Source: a virus
Virus record (IMG/VR): IMGVR_UViG_3300049434_000014
Span: 64,001-128,000 of that record
Length of the DNA stretch: 64,000 bases
Strand: one strand, 5' to 3'
Made by a program: the position numbers and the translations under genes. The notes beneath the pieces are model-generated. The model worked only from the letters and a program-made list of their open reading frames with translations. It did no database searches and was not told the origin of the DNA. Positions within the stretch are counted from its first letter, which is position 1. Each line of letters opens with the position of its first letter. This document shows, piece after piece, positions 10,323 through 22,090 of the stretch.

Positions 10323-11393
10323 ATGACAGCACCCCGTGTTACTAAGCTTGCGGATCGTAGAGTGAAGATTGAGGGTTCCTACGATGATGTTTTCGCTACC
10401 CTCTCCCAGATGCATAATGATGGTGTCCTTGAGCGTGTGGTGCGTAGGGATGCGGATCGTACGAGTGATTATGCGGTTGCTCTGGCTGAGCTTCGTAGCC
10501 TTGAGCCTGCCCCTCCTGCAGCGGCCCCAGCCTCTGAGCGCCCTTCTGCCAGTACCCCTAAGCAATCACGCATCCGGTGGCCGTCTGTGGGCACGGTGCG
10601 TGTCCTGGGCCTGTGTGCGGGGATCCTCGTGGCTTCCGGGTTAGCGATTCTGGCGGCTTATGGTGTGGTCTTGGCTGCGGAGTGGATATGGGCCACTATC
10701 TTGGCTCATGTGACGGGCATTGTTACGAGTGCGGTACTGGTTGGTCTTGTTGCGTGGGCTATGCGTAGCAAGCTTTCTTCTGCTATCAAGGGCAAGTCTT
10801 CTGGTCTTTACCACACGCCGGGGATCTCCACAGCCCTTCCTGTGACGGTGCTTGATAATAAGGTTGTCGCTGGTGAGCGCGATGAGGATCTTATTACTAC
10901 GACCAAGTACCATTGGTTGACTGGTAGGGTTAAGTCGGCCACTATTGTGGATGCTTCTGATGTGGTGCATACGGTGAAGGTTTCTCCTGTCTCTGGGCGT
11001 GTGAAGGCTTGTGTTCAGAAGCCCTCTGCTGAGGATGATCTCACTACACGGTGGATTGCCAAGATGCGGAATAAGCGTACGGGTCAGTCTATTGGTCGTT
11101 GGCGTGGTGGTTCGTATGATCTGATGGCTGATTCTATGTATGGTGGGTCGCTTGAGACTGCGGTGAACATGCATAGTGATGATCGTTGTGCTGTGGGTCA
11201 TCTGCTTGACCTTGATCAGCCTTATGAGGGTTCGTGGGGTCGTAACGGTAAGAAGCATCCGAGTATGGCCAAGGCTCGTGCGATGTATGGTGATAAGCTT
11301 CTTAAAGATGTCATTGGTATGAATGATCGTGGTGTTCCGTTGCGTAAGATTGCTGATCACGTGGAGCGTAAGACTAGGAAACGTGGTCGGTAA
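10323..11393 (+). CDS. Membrane protein (2 TM) with basic C-terminal domain
   Basis: GGGTAGTACCGGGT directly before ATG; two hydrophobic helices. Confidence 0.7.
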   Translation: MTAPRVTKLADRRVKIEGSYDDVFATLSQMHNDGVLERVVRRDADRTSDYAVALAELRSLEPAPPAAAPASERPSASTPKQSRIRWPSVGTVRVLGLCAGILVASGLAILAAYGVVLAAEWIWATILAHVTGIVTSAVLVGLVAWAMRSKLSSAIKGKSSGLYHTPGISTALPVTVLDNKVVAGERDEDLITTTKYHWLTGRVKSATIVDASDVVHTVKVSPVSGRVKACVQKPSAEDDLTTRWIAKMRNKRTGQSIGRWRGGSYDLMADSMYGGSLETAVNMHSDDRCAVGHLLDLDQPYEGSWGRNGKKHPSMAKARAMYGDKLLKDVIGMNDRGVPLRKIADHVERKTRKRGR

Positions 11394-11666
11394 GTACGGT
11401 GCAGATACGAGATACTTGCTCTCGGCTCCTGAATCTGCCCCCAGTGGAGTGTCTTCGGTTGATCTTTACGATGTCCGGTCTGTCCTCTGGAGTCCCATTC
11501 TCGAGGCCCAAATCCTCATATTTTATTTTTTATAATTTTTCTACGATGCAAAGGTCCACAGGGTGGGGTTTTTCTACCGGTCGGCTCGTAGATCCTGCAT
11601 CGCCTTGACAACCTTGCATCTAGCCTGTATGTTGGTATTTCAAGCGTCAATCCGGTAGGAGGAGTC

Positions 11667-11942
11667 ATGAGGCCGAGGGGTGTGCATCCTGCGTTGCTGG
11701 CTAGTGCGTTGGAGATGACGTCTCCAGTGCAGTGTGGTCGGTGTGGTGGGATCTACGATTTGGGTACTGTTGAGATTGTGGATCGGTATTTGGATTGTTC
11801 TGCGTGGCGTGCTCCGTGTTGTAAGGCTTATGTGGATAGTCGTTGTGAGGATGCACCGGGTTGGACGTCTCAGATTGATTACGTGAAAATTGACAAAAGC
11901 GAGATTATGGATTCGGCGTTTATCTACATGTGGGATATCTGA
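11667..11942 (+). CDS. Zn-finger-like hypothetical protein
   Basis: CGRC...C..W..PCC; strong GGAGGAG RBS. Confidence 0.65.
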   Translation: MRPRGVHPALLASALEMTSPVQCGRCGGIYDLGTVEIVDRYLDCSAWRAPCCKAYVDSRCEDAPGWTSQIDYVKIDKSEIMDSAFIYMWDI

Positions 11943-14148
11943 TGGTTGATCACGTGATGGGTTATCGTGCGGGTTCGGTTGGGTTGAGTCGGTTTGGGAT
12001 TCCTGATGTGTCTACGGCTCATTGGTATTGTTCGTGTGGTGGGTGGAAGGTTTACCGGTCGGAGAATGGTGTTCCGTTTCGGCCTACGGCTGAGAAGCGT
12101 TTTGCTACACATGTTGCACTAGCGGGTAGGACTGAGACATGAACGGTGTTCGGTTGGATAGTGCTTCTGGCACGATGGAGATGACGTTTACTGTTGAGGA
12201 GGAGTTGGAGCGAGTTTATAACTGGTTTGATGCTTGTTATATTCAGGTTCAGACTGTTCTCTTGCGTTTTTCTTTACCGGCGATTCGATCGGGTGATTCT
12301 TGGGTTTGCGATACAGTCAGGGTGTACGGGATGAAGTTCGATGAGGGTGGTCGTCGGTTGAGTGGCGGGACGGTCATGTGGGAGGTTGCTACGGAGCGGT
12401 TTCGTCCTGAGTGGTTGCGAGCTTTGATTCTGAGTAGCTGTCCCGCACCTATCGTCGGGTAGGACTCGTCGTGACTATGCGCGGAGAGCCTTTCCGGGTT
12501 GGTCAGTGTTCGTGGTGTCGTGCGGTGTATCCGTTGTTTTTGTCTGAAGACTCACACGAGATGGTTATCATCAGACATCGTTCGCGGTATAATGATTTGG
12601 GGATCCTAGGTATCTGCCTAGGTCAGTTGCTACCTCCGTTAAAGGAAATTCGAGATGACTGATACGACGAACCGCTCTGTTATTGACGAGATGGTCTCGC
12701 ATGCTCGGCGGGCGAGGGATCTTGCGAAGCAAGCGGAGAAGTTGCTGGAGTACTTTGCTGATCATCGTGGTGTGAACGAGGATGTTGATCGTGCGGCTAA
12801 TTATGCGGTGGATGATTTGTCTGGTGCGATCGGTACGTTGAATGAGCTTTGTGCTCGGATGCCTGTGTCTTTGCCTGGTGAGTTTTTGCTTACGAATGCG
12901 CATAGGTTTATGTTGTCGATGGCTCGTGATGAGCGTTTGTGTCTTTATCGTGGACATCCTTCGTGGGTTGGTTATAGGTTGCGTGGTCGTGTACGAGAAG
13001 TTGGTTATATCTCTTTGACTGCGAGTCAGGTTGTGACGTATGAGGATTTGATTGATCATGGTTGGTTGTCGCGAGCAGATGATGGGCAGCCCTCGCGGGT
13101 GTTGAAAGATTCGAACGGGTAGGAGTGGTTATGGATGCGGCGCGTACCATGGAAGAGCATGTTGCTAACTGTAAGAGGAATAGGTTTCCGTGGTGTGATA
13201 CGTGTAAGCTTCCTGCCGTCTTTAAGGAAGGTCAAGGTTACTTGCATTCCACTCCGGAGAGTCCGTTCGGAGTTTATACAATTAACGATCCGTCTGGCCA
13301 TGAGGTCACGTGTAAGGAATGGTGGTATGAGACATGATGACTGGGCGGCAGTGGGCGGATTCGTTGTCGGGTGAGGCACGGGAGCTGCTGTGTTCTGTGT
13401 CGGTGTGTCCGGAGAGTCATGGGTATTTGGTGTCGGGTCAGGGTTCGTCGCACATGTTGGTGGGTGGTTTTCTAGACGGTCGGTTGTCTCACGGGGCGGT
13501 GTATTCGCATCGTGTGATTGGTGAGTTGATTGACTGGAATTTGATCTATATGCAGGGTCGTGGGGCTGACGAGTATTTGCCTGAGTTTGATGGTCGTACG
13601 GATGAGGATGGCACGCGTGTGTGGTGTCATATTCGTTTGACTAAGACTGGTAGTGATGCTTCCTATTTGTTGAAGGCGATTGAGGATTAGTCATGACTTA
13701 CGATGAGATCATTTTGCTCGAGGGTGGGGAGTACCTTGAGGTTGCTGTCGGGCCTGATGGTGCGGTCCCGGTGGATTGGAGTTCTCCTGTGGCTCGTGGG
13801 CGGGTGATTTCGTTGGTGTATGGGCCTGGTGTTCCGCGTCATGTGGTGGAGGTTGTTTTGACCGCTAATAATGATGTGGGGATACGGCATATTACTGATT
13901 TTCAACGGTTACGTAGGATGGGTTCTCATGAAGACTCCTCAGTCGGCTCTTGAGGCTGCGTGCCATTCGGTGGGGTTGTGGATAGACGATCCTGGTGCTG
14001 TGCATATTGCGATTGCTCTGGAGGTGGCGATGCCTCACATTGAGCGCGCGGTGCTGGAGTCGGTGTTTGCGCCTCGACATGGTTATGATGCTCCTTCCTG
14101 CTGGGAGATCGTGCGGGATCGCCTTCGTGAGTTAGGTCGTGAGTTGAC

Positions 14149-15564
14149 TTGACCCAAGTTGCTGATTTGTTGCGGTCTCGGTTGTGTCATCAGTTTGATG
14201 TGCGTCGATTGACTGCGCTGGTCGGTGCGGGTGGGTTGGTCCCGCTCGTGACGGGGGAGTGGGTTCCGTATTGTTATTTTGATAATGCGGCGAGTACTCC
14301 GTGTTTGGTGACGGTGCGAAAGGCCGTTGTTGATTTCTTGGAGTATTACTCCAGTGTGCATCGTGGGTCTGGGTTGTTGTCTGCTTATTCCACGGAGGTT
14401 TATGAGGATGCGCGTGCGGTTGTGGCTGCGTTTGTGGATGCGCGTCCTGATGATTGTGTGATTTTTACTCGTAATACGACTGATTCGACTAATCTTATTG
14501 CTTCGGTGCTCGAGTCTAGCGATTCGGTGTTGGTGTGCGCGGGTGAGCATCATGCCAATTTGCTGCCGTGGCGTCAGGGGAGTGTCACGACGCTGCCTGT
14601 GTCGCGTTCTCCCGGTGAGGTGTTGGAACGGTTGGAGGCTGCGCTTCGTGCCGGGAGCTTTGCTCTGGTGGCGGTGACGGCGGCTAGTAATGTGACTGGC
14701 GAGATCTGGCCGATCGCGGAGATCGTCGCTCTGGCTCATCGTCATGGTGCTCGTGTGGTGGTCGATGCAGCTCAGCTTGCTCCGCATCATCCCATCAGTA
14801 TTAGAGACTGGGATGCGGATTGGGTGGTGTTTTCGGGTCATAAGTTGTATGCCCCGTTTGGTGCGGGTGTGGTTATTGGTCGTTCGGATTGGTTGGCTCG
14901 GGCTAAGCCTTATTTGTTTGGTGGTGGGGCTGTTGACTATGTTTTGGTAGATGATGTGGTGTGGGCTGGTCTGCCGGATTTACATGAGGCGGGCAGTCCT
15001 AACACTGTGGGGGCTATGGCTTTGGGTGTTGCTTGTCAGACGCTGTCTTTAGCGGGGATGTCTCGGCTGTCTGCAGCGGAGTCTTTGCTATTTGACGTCT
15101 TGCGGCGTGGGTTGTCTTTGGTTCCTGGGTTGACGATATATGAGATGTGGCCTGGGGATTTTGAGCGTATCGGGTTGGTTACGTTCAATCTGGCCAATGT
15201 TGGGTATGCCGAGCTTGCTGCCATTTTGAGTGCGGAGTTCGGGATTGGTGTGCGGCATGGGTGTTTTTGTGCGCATCCGTTGATGGCGTGTCTGATGGGT
15301 GTCTCTGATGACATGATGCGTACGATTGGTCATGATCTGCACACGGCGAAGTCTTTGTTTGTTCCGGGTGCGGTGAGGGTGTCGTTGAGTGTGGGGACTT
15401 CCCTTAACGATATCATTCGATTGCTTAATGCTTTGCATATCATCGCGGATGGCGGTTCGAGGTGGAAGTATTTAACTTCTCCTGATGGTAAGGATTGTGT
15501 TCCGTTGTCTGATGACCGGGTGTTTCCTACGTCTCCGTTTGATCTGTCGTACTTGGGAGTGTGA
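14149..15564 (+). CDS. PLP-dependent class V aminotransferase (cysteine desulfurase / SufS-like)
   Basis: YFDNAAST, SSVHRG, EHHANLLPW, DAAQLAPH, SGHKLYAPFGAG (PLP lysine), EAGSPN, RHGCFCAHP (catalytic Cys). Confidence 0.93.
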   Translation: MTQVADLLRSRLCHQFDVRRLTALVGAGGLVPLVTGEWVPYCYFDNAASTPCLVTVRKAVVDFLEYYSSVHRGSGLLSAYSTEVYEDARAVVAAFVDARPDDCVIFTRNTTDSTNLIASVLESSDSVLVCAGEHHANLLPWRQGSVTTLPVSRSPGEVLERLEAALRAGSFALVAVTAASNVTGEIWPIAEIVALAHRHGARVVVDAAQLAPHHPISIRDWDADWVVFSGHKLYAPFGAGVVIGRSDWLARAKPYLFGGGAVDYVLVDDVVWAGLPDLHEAGSPNTVGAMALGVACQTLSLAGMSRLSAAESLLFDVLRRGLSLVPGLTIYEMWPGDFERIGLVTFNLANVGYAELAAILSAEFGIGVRHGCFCAHPLMACLMGVSDDMMRTIGHDLHTAKSLFVPGAVRVSLSVGTSLNDIIRLLNALHIIADGGSRWKYLTSPDGKDCVPLSDDRVFPTSPFDLSYLGV

Positions 15565-17621
15565 GGATCTTCGCCGCTGGGTAGTACTGAGACATGACTG
15601 AGTTACTTCCTGGCGCCACTCTCTATGGTTTTTGTGGCGGTGTGTTTGGTCGAGATTCATACGAGGACAAGATCGTCGTCGCTGCGGGTTGTGGTTGGTT
15701 GGTTGCCAAGAGCTGCAACAGTGAAGATTTTTATTTCGCGCAGGGCGACAGTTTGAAGACGTTAGAAAGCTACACAGAACCGAGGACTGATGATGACTAC
15801 TAGTCTTGATCGTGTGATGAATCGGTTGAGTCCTCCCGCTGGAGACATGATCGTTTATGTTCGTAAGTCTCTAGGTGGAGGTAATGGGTTCGCCATCTTG
15901 GTGGATTCTGGAGACAATACTAAGGCGTTGGCTGTCGGGGTTAATGACAGCGCGCTTGAGCGCCGTGGGGATTATCCTGCTGAGGTGGTGCAGGAGCTTC
16001 GTGACAATGAGCTGATCAGCACGCACGCTTTCGTCGCGGATATGCCTGACTATTCAGGTCGGAAGCTCAAGGACAAGAAGACTGGTTGTCATTTGCGGCT
16101 TACGCCGTTTGGTATTCGGGTCGCTAATGAGCTTCGCTCGGGTGGTCTGAGAAATGACCGATGAAGCGAAGGCTCTGCTTGTAGACATCTGGTGGGAAGA
16201 GCCGATGCGTTTTGCGGCTATCCCTATTGCTGCTTGGCCTGCTTATGCCGAGTTGTGTCAGAGCGGTGTGCTGGCCCCGTTTACGACAGGTGGATCTGGC
16301 CGTCGTGGTATTCGAGTCAACATTCGTGGACGCAAGCTTGCTGAGGAGTTGGCTGTGATGGACGATTTCAACGGTGGATGGCAGTGGATGAGTGAGCGTT
16401 ATGAAAGATCTTAAGCCTGGTACGAGGATCTATCTTTCGTATCAACGTTTTGTTCATGCGTTGTGGTTTGGTACTGCTGTTGTGGTGTCGTATGATTCAC
16501 ATTACGAAGAGTACGTGATCGATCGTGATCCTGGCTCAGCTACGGATAAGTTGGCGCCTCTGCGTCAGCGTTGGCCTGAGCATCACGCTCATCGCGCGAA
16601 GTATCAGCCGGGTGTGGAGCCGGATGAGCGCGTTCTACCGGGTGTGTATCCTGCTGTGTCTAAGCGTTTGATTGAGTTGGGGTATCGTAAGGGTACTCAT
16701 TTTACGGTCCCGCTTGAGCCTTCTGACGAGATGGTTTGATATGAATCAGGATGTCGAGGAGACTCGCGCTCGCTGGCTGCAGATGCACAGCGCCAATCAT
16801 CATGTGGTGGCGTTTTTGAAGGCTGGCGCGGAGAAGCAGAATTCTGCACCTTCGCTTAACGAGCAGTACCGTTTGATTTACACGTTCTATCTTGCGCATG
16901 GGTTTATTCCGGCGCACGCTTGGCTTTGTCTGTTGAGGATTCTCGCGGAGCGCAACTAACCGTGACCCATTCGGGTAGGACGTTGCATGGCTACCCGGAC
17001 ACTGAGATTCACTGAGCCCACTATGGTTTATGAGGGCTTGCAACTTGCTGATCGGCAGACTCCCGTGGAGGACATCCCTCGTCGGATTCGTCAGACGATT
17101 CAGGAGTTGGAAGTCGTCGGCCTGGTCGCTCAGGAGTCTGTTCGCTCGGGTAGGGGGAGACGAGTTCCCCAGTTGTGTCTGACACAAGATGGTCGTAGGC
17201 GTTTGCTTACCGCCAGGCGTGCGATGTTGGATGCGGCGTCAGCACCTGTGATGGTTAATTAGGGAGATGTCGTGTTCGGTGGCAGCAAAGAGAAGTGCTC
17301 GAATTCGAGTGTTTGGGGTTGTAATAATTATGCGACCTCGAAGGTGAAGGGTGTTCTTGTGTGCGATTCGTGCAATGTGTACTCGGGTAACGTCACTACG
17401 GTGCGAGGCAATCGTGCGTTCGTGGTGGTCTCTAAGAGGTAGTTAGGGGAGGCGTCGGGGCCTCCTTTTGAGGAGTGGATGAGCATGGAGTGGGCTTTGT
17501 TGGAGCTGGATGAAGATAGTATTTGGCAGGTGGTAGGACAGACCGCTCATGAGGAGAAAGCCTCTGAGTTTCTCGATGACGCAGACGATGGTTTGCGTAA
17601 AGTGATCCCCTTGGAGTAGTC

Positions 17622-18482
17622 GTGCTTCCACCATTTTACTATTTTTCTTCAAAGCTGCTGACGCATCTTAACTCGGCTACGAAGTATCCGTCGATTCCTA
17701 CGTACCATGCGTTGGGTGAGCGTGGTCGTCTGACGGAGGCGCGCAATGTTGTCTTTGATGGACCGGTTAACGTGTCTGAGAAGATCGACGGTGTTAATGC
17801 GCGTATCATCTTGCCACCGTGGGGTCAACGGGGCGGTAATCCTATCCTCGGGTCGCGCGAGGAGTTGCTGCACTACGTTGGAGATTTGATTTACAATCCT
17901 ACTGAGGGAATTGTAGATACGATACTTCCGGTTTTGACTTTGCCTCCGGAGACTTTGCCGGGTACGGAGATGCAGCAGCGTCGTGCGTTGGGGCAGGAGT
18001 CTTCGAATATCATCGTGATTTACGGTGAGGTCTATGGTGGAACTACCACTACGCGTAAGCAGTATACGTGTGCGGGCGTGCCTGGTTTCCGTGTGTTCGA
18101 TATCGCTATAATTGATCCTGATGTGTTGGATTGGCCTGTTGAGAAGATCTCTTCGTGGCGTCAACATGGTGGACAACAGTTCTTAAATTATGCATCCATG
18201 GTGGAGTTGGCTACGGATGCTCTGTTGTCGGTGGTGCCTCAGTTGGCTGCCAGTGCTCCCCCGGTGGGTGTTGCTGACACGTCGGAGTGGTTGGGTCGGA
18301 CGATTTCGCATAGTTACGCTGTGTTAGATGATGGTGCTGTTGGCCGTCCCGAGGGGTTGGTTGTGCGGTCGGAAGATCGATCGAAGATCGCTAAGATTCG
18401 GTTCGAAGACTATAGGCGCACGTTGACACCTCCTGTTCCTACGAAGAAGCGAGGTTCGAGTGGGAAGTCCGAGCAGGGCTGA
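17622..18482 (+). CDS. RNA ligase (Rnl2-like nucleotidyltransferase)
   Basis: KYPSI, motif I EKIDGVN, YGEVYG, FRVFDI, EGLVVR, IAKIRFEDY. Confidence 0.85.
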   Translation: MLPPFYYFSSKLLTHLNSATKYPSIPTYHALGERGRLTEARNVVFDGPVNVSEKIDGVNARIILPPWGQRGGNPILGSREELLHYVGDLIYNPTEGIVDTILPVLTLPPETLPGTEMQQRRALGQESSNIIVIYGEVYGGTTTTRKQYTCAGVPGFRVFDIAIIDPDVLDWPVEKISSWRQHGGQQFLNYASMVELATDALLSVVPQLAASAPPVGVADTSEWLGRTISHSYAVLDDGAVGRPEGLVVRSEDRSKIAKIRFEDYRRTLTPPVPTKKRGSSGKSEQG

Positions 18483-18861
18483 TCGTCCCGCTGTCGCGGG
18501 TCATGTTGAGCAGCCCATGCCTGCTCCTGTGGTGGGTGCTGTGGGCACGCACGAGCTGATGCTGGGCGACCTTGGGTGGGTGTTTCCCGCTCAGGCACGC
18601 GAGGCTCTGGCGGTCATCATTGAGGAGCGGATGCGCATCGGGCTGGCGCGTTATGGTCAGCCGTTGCAGCCTGGCAATGGTCGGTCGGATCTGCGTGATG
18701 CGCTCGAGGAGGCGGTCGACCTCGCGGCTTATCTGTGCAATGCCGATCGTGCGGGTGTGGGCGGGGCTGTGCCTCTTGACCAGATGTATCGGATGGCCAT
18801 TCGTATGGCTGCGTGGCTTGCTTTGGCTGTGTCTAATGAGGTAGAGGTGTCTGACGGGTAG
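18460..18861 (+). CDS. All-alpha nucleotide pyrophosphohydrolase-like protein
   Basis: R..IG..RYGQPL...DALEEAVDLAAYL motif. Confidence 0.5.
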   Translation: MGSPSRADRPAVAGHVEQPMPAPVVGAVGTHELMLGDLGWVFPAQAREALAVIIEERMRIGLARYGQPLQPGNGRSDLRDALEEAVDLAAYLCNADRAGVGGAVPLDQMYRMAIRMAAWLALAVSNEVEVSDG

Positions 18862-19530
18862 TACTCGTCATGCCTATCTCGATTGAGAAGATGCAGGTTG
18901 CTTTCTGTGACGCGTGCGGTACTCGTCGTGTTGCGTCCGTTGATGAACCTCTCCTAGGAGCTACTGGGACGGTTCAGGTTGACGAAGACTTCGGCGGATA
19001 CGTAATAAAGTTTTTCTCGTGTCAGACTACTGCCGAGCATATTGCTTTGGCTTATGCGCGGGCTCGCGAGACTGAGTTTGATCCGGCTCCTGTGGTGCCT
19101 GTCGTCGTGGAACGTGCCGACGATCCGTGGCCTAAGCGTCGTTCCCCTCGCCGTCCTGCGGACGTTTTGGTCGCTGAGTTGCGCGAGTTGTGGATCAATG
19201 ATGGCGCGCGTCCTTCTATCACCAAGGTGAAGAGGGTTCTCCACGTTGGCGAGAAACGGGCAAAGTACCTACTCAGTATGACTCCTGACCCTACGTGAGG
19301 TTGTAGTAATGCGATTGTCTGGACCGGAGCCTGCACGTTTTGAGGCAGGTCTTTGTAGTTGGAATGTAGCATGGCCAGGTAGCACAGTGTCTAGATACTG
19401 TAAGGATGAACGCGAGGGTATCTATATCTACTGTTTCCCGCATTGTGAGATTGCCATCATGCGTGATGGTGCTATCTGGGAGGATTTGCGTCTTTCGTAG
19501 GGTTTCTTTCATGGTCGGGTAGGACGATGA

Positions 19531-20067
19531 ATGTCGATGTCATGTCCTCCCCGAATTCCGGGCGTCGATCCTTATGTGCAGTCTGGCGTGCACGAGATAG
19601 GACATGCTCTTGTATCAGGTCGTAGTGAAACCAACGCGACAGTTCTTAGTGTAGAGATTTGGGAACAAGACGGCCACGTTGTTGGCATGGTGATCAGTGA
19701 AATCCCTGAGACACCTAATGGCATAGGCGTCCGGGTTGAGCGTAATTCCTGGGTTGCCCCAGAGGATCTCTATGCGGCGTGTGTCAGTTCGGTAGCTGGA
19801 CAGCTTGCTGAGGCCATGTGGTTAGTGCGCCATCACGACTTTGACTTGTCTGAGGCTCTTGCTGCCACGAACGATACGGCTTGGTTCGATCAGGCCAATT
19901 TTCGACGGTATGCTGATTTGTTACGTCCTGTGATGCCGGACATCTCTGTGCGCGGGTGTCGCGCGGAGGCTGGTGCTTACCTTCGGAAGAGGTGGTCTGA
20001 CGTGGAGCGGTTGGGCAAGAAGTTGGCTAATCGACATTCCCTACGGCCATCGTTGGTGACTGCATAA
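19531..20067 (+). CDS. Zn-metallopeptidase-like protein (HEIGH; M41-like)
   Basis: HEIGH...AGQLAE...D pattern. Confidence 0.65.
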   Translation: MSMSCPPRIPGVDPYVQSGVHEIGHALVSGRSETNATVLSVEIWEQDGHVVGMVISEIPETPNGIGVRVERNSWVAPEDLYAACVSSVAGQLAEAMWLVRHHDFDLSEALAATNDTAWFDQANFRRYADLLRPVMPDISVRGCRAEAGAYLRKRWSDVERLGKKLANRHSLRPSLVTA

Positions 20068-20618
20068 TGAGCGATCTTGAGTACGATAAGCTTCGCGCGG
20101 CTGCTATTCATGAGACGGGGCATGCATGGCTTGGTTCCACTATTGGTCTTGACTTAAAGAAGATCAGTATGTGGAAGAGTTTTATGGCCGTCGCGGGTGA
20201 GGTGACTGTTGATAGGTCTAAGACGTTAGGTGTTTTCGAAGACGATTTCGACATGCTTGCTTTGTTTTATGTTGGCGGTCAGGAAGCCGAGTCAATATGG
20301 CTCGCGAGTGTTTACTCTTTAAGTATTTTTGAGGCACGACATATTACTAATGCTAGTTCTCGTTATGATAGGCGTTCGTTTCGAGAGTTAGCTCACTGTG
20401 CTGGTGTGGTGAGAGGTACTGTCGAGGCTCAGGCTAATGCGATTCTGAAGAGACACTGGCCTTCGATTGAACTTCTTGCTGACCGACTTGAATACAAACG
20501 TACTATGACTGCCGCTCCTGTGAATGCTGCAGTTGGTTCTAAGAATACTGATGGTTCACGACGTATTAAGAAGGTTACTCCGGAGATGTTGGTCGGAGCA
20601 CGTCCAGGGAGACACTGA
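20067..20618 (+). CDS. Zn-metallopeptidase-like protein (HETGH; M41-like), paralogue of the preceding gene
   Basis: AAIHETGH...GGQEAE...D...W..IELLA..L. Confidence 0.7.
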   Translation: MSDLEYDKLRAAAIHETGHAWLGSTIGLDLKKISMWKSFMAVAGEVTVDRSKTLGVFEDDFDMLALFYVGGQEAESIWLASVYSLSIFEARHITNASSRYDRRSFRELAHCAGVVRGTVEAQANAILKRHWPSIELLADRLEYKRTMTAAPVNAAVGSKNTDGSRRIKKVTPEMLVGARPGRH

Positions 20619-21459
20619 TGGCTGATTATATTAACTGTGGTGCTTGGACTTCACGCGGCATTCGTGTTCAGACTAAGTCTGAGTTGAAGTCACTGATTGC
20701 ACAAGATCCTGATTTTGTTCGTTTCGATCCTACTTCTATGCATCCAGGTTCGAACAATAATGGTGAGGATATACACGGGGGTTCCATACCTGATGGAGTT
20801 ATTCTTTCGGTGTGTGGACCGGATCCGGCACGTAATCGGAAGTGGTATGCGATGGTGACGAAAGGCAAGCGCGGCGGGATCAAAGTTTCTTGAGTTGCGG
20901 GTAGGACTCGCAGCAAGTGGAGGGAGTGTTTCATGGCAAATACAGTGCCGGTGGTGACGGCTCATACTCCTGATGGTCGTCAGATTGCCGGTCCGACGGT
21001 ATTGGCGATGTTCTTGGAGAGGCAGCCAGATACCCTTACGTTCATCTCTGTTGATGGGGGTGATCAGTTCAAGCCCACCCAGATGCCGGGTAAGGCTCAG
21101 GTCAAGGTGAATGGGCGAGGGGGAGGTGGAAAGGCGGCTACGGTTACTCGTTCGAGCAACCGTGGGGGATTCACGGTTAAGTAACGAGAGGTTGGTCGAG
21201 CATGGCTAATGCCACTGCATACAAGGCAAAGGTTGTCAAAGACAACGGCGGGAAGGTGAAGGACGCGACAGAGCTGGCTGATCTGTTGAAGAAGGATCCG
21301 GCCATGGTGACGTTCGATTTGTCCAATCCTGGCAAGGGTGCTCAGGCTGGCGCTCCTAATACGCCTGGCGACAAGCTCCCCAAGAATACCGTCTTGGAGG
21401 TCGCAGGAATCAACGCGAAGGTGACGGTAAACAACAAGGGGGTGCCTACCGTTACCTAA
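20618..21459 (+). other. Three tandem paralogous small ORFs (20618-20893, 20933-21184, 21202-21459)
   Basis: Shared L..L...(D/Q)P....F core and ...A.VT....G...V C-terminus. Confidence 0.6.
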
Positions 21460-21475
21460 CGATTGTGTTTCGACA

Positions 21476-21514
21476 GAGGCCCCTTTCACTTAATCACTGG
21501 TGAGAGGGGCCTCT
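21476..21514 (+). terminator. Terminator hairpin
   Basis: gaggcccct...aggggcctc. Confidence 0.65.
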
Positions 21515-21560
21515 TGTTGGGTAGTACTGGTTGTCATTCAATCTGGAAGGAGGGACTGTC

Positions 21561-21842
21561 ATGGATTGGCGCCATCGTGCTGAGTGTCGCAACGAGGACC
21601 CAGAGCTGTTCTACCCTGCTGGCACCAGCGGTCCGGCCTTGCTCCAGATCGCCGAGGCTAAGGCTGTGTGTCGTCGGTGTCCTGTCGTCAACGAGTGCCT
21701 GAACTGGGCTATGAAGTCGGGCCAGGATTCCGGCGTCTGGGGCGGGATGGATGAAGGGGAGCGTCGGGTGCTTAAGCGTCGCAGGGCTGAGTGGACTCGT
21801 AAGCATGGCCGCGAGGCCGCTGAAGAGCTGACGTCTGTGTAG
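21561..21842 (+). CDS. whiB: WhiB-family [4Fe-4S] transcription factor (WhiB1/WblE-like)
   Basis: MDWRHRAECRNEDPELFYP...AKAVCRRCPV..ECL..A.....GVWGG..E.ERR. Confidence 0.95.
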   Translation: MDWRHRAECRNEDPELFYPAGTSGPALLQIAEAKAVCRRCPVVNECLNWAMKSGQDSGVWGGMDEGERRVLKRRRAEWTRKHGREAAEELTSV

Positions 21843-22090
21843 GTGGTCTGCCCGGTGTGGATCTCTGTTCGCACCGGGTATGACCTGAGATGATGGTATG
21901 GATTCTCGAGATTCTTGCAGTGGTTTTCCTGTGGTTTCTCAAAGCGTCAGGCATTTATCCAGACATGTCGTGGTTAGTTGTACTGGCTCCGATTTGGGTT
22001 CCTTACGGTATCGTTCTCATGCTTGGCTACTTTGCGACTCTTCTTCCGGGTAAGCGTTCGAGACGTCGTGCAAGATAGTTACTCTACGTA

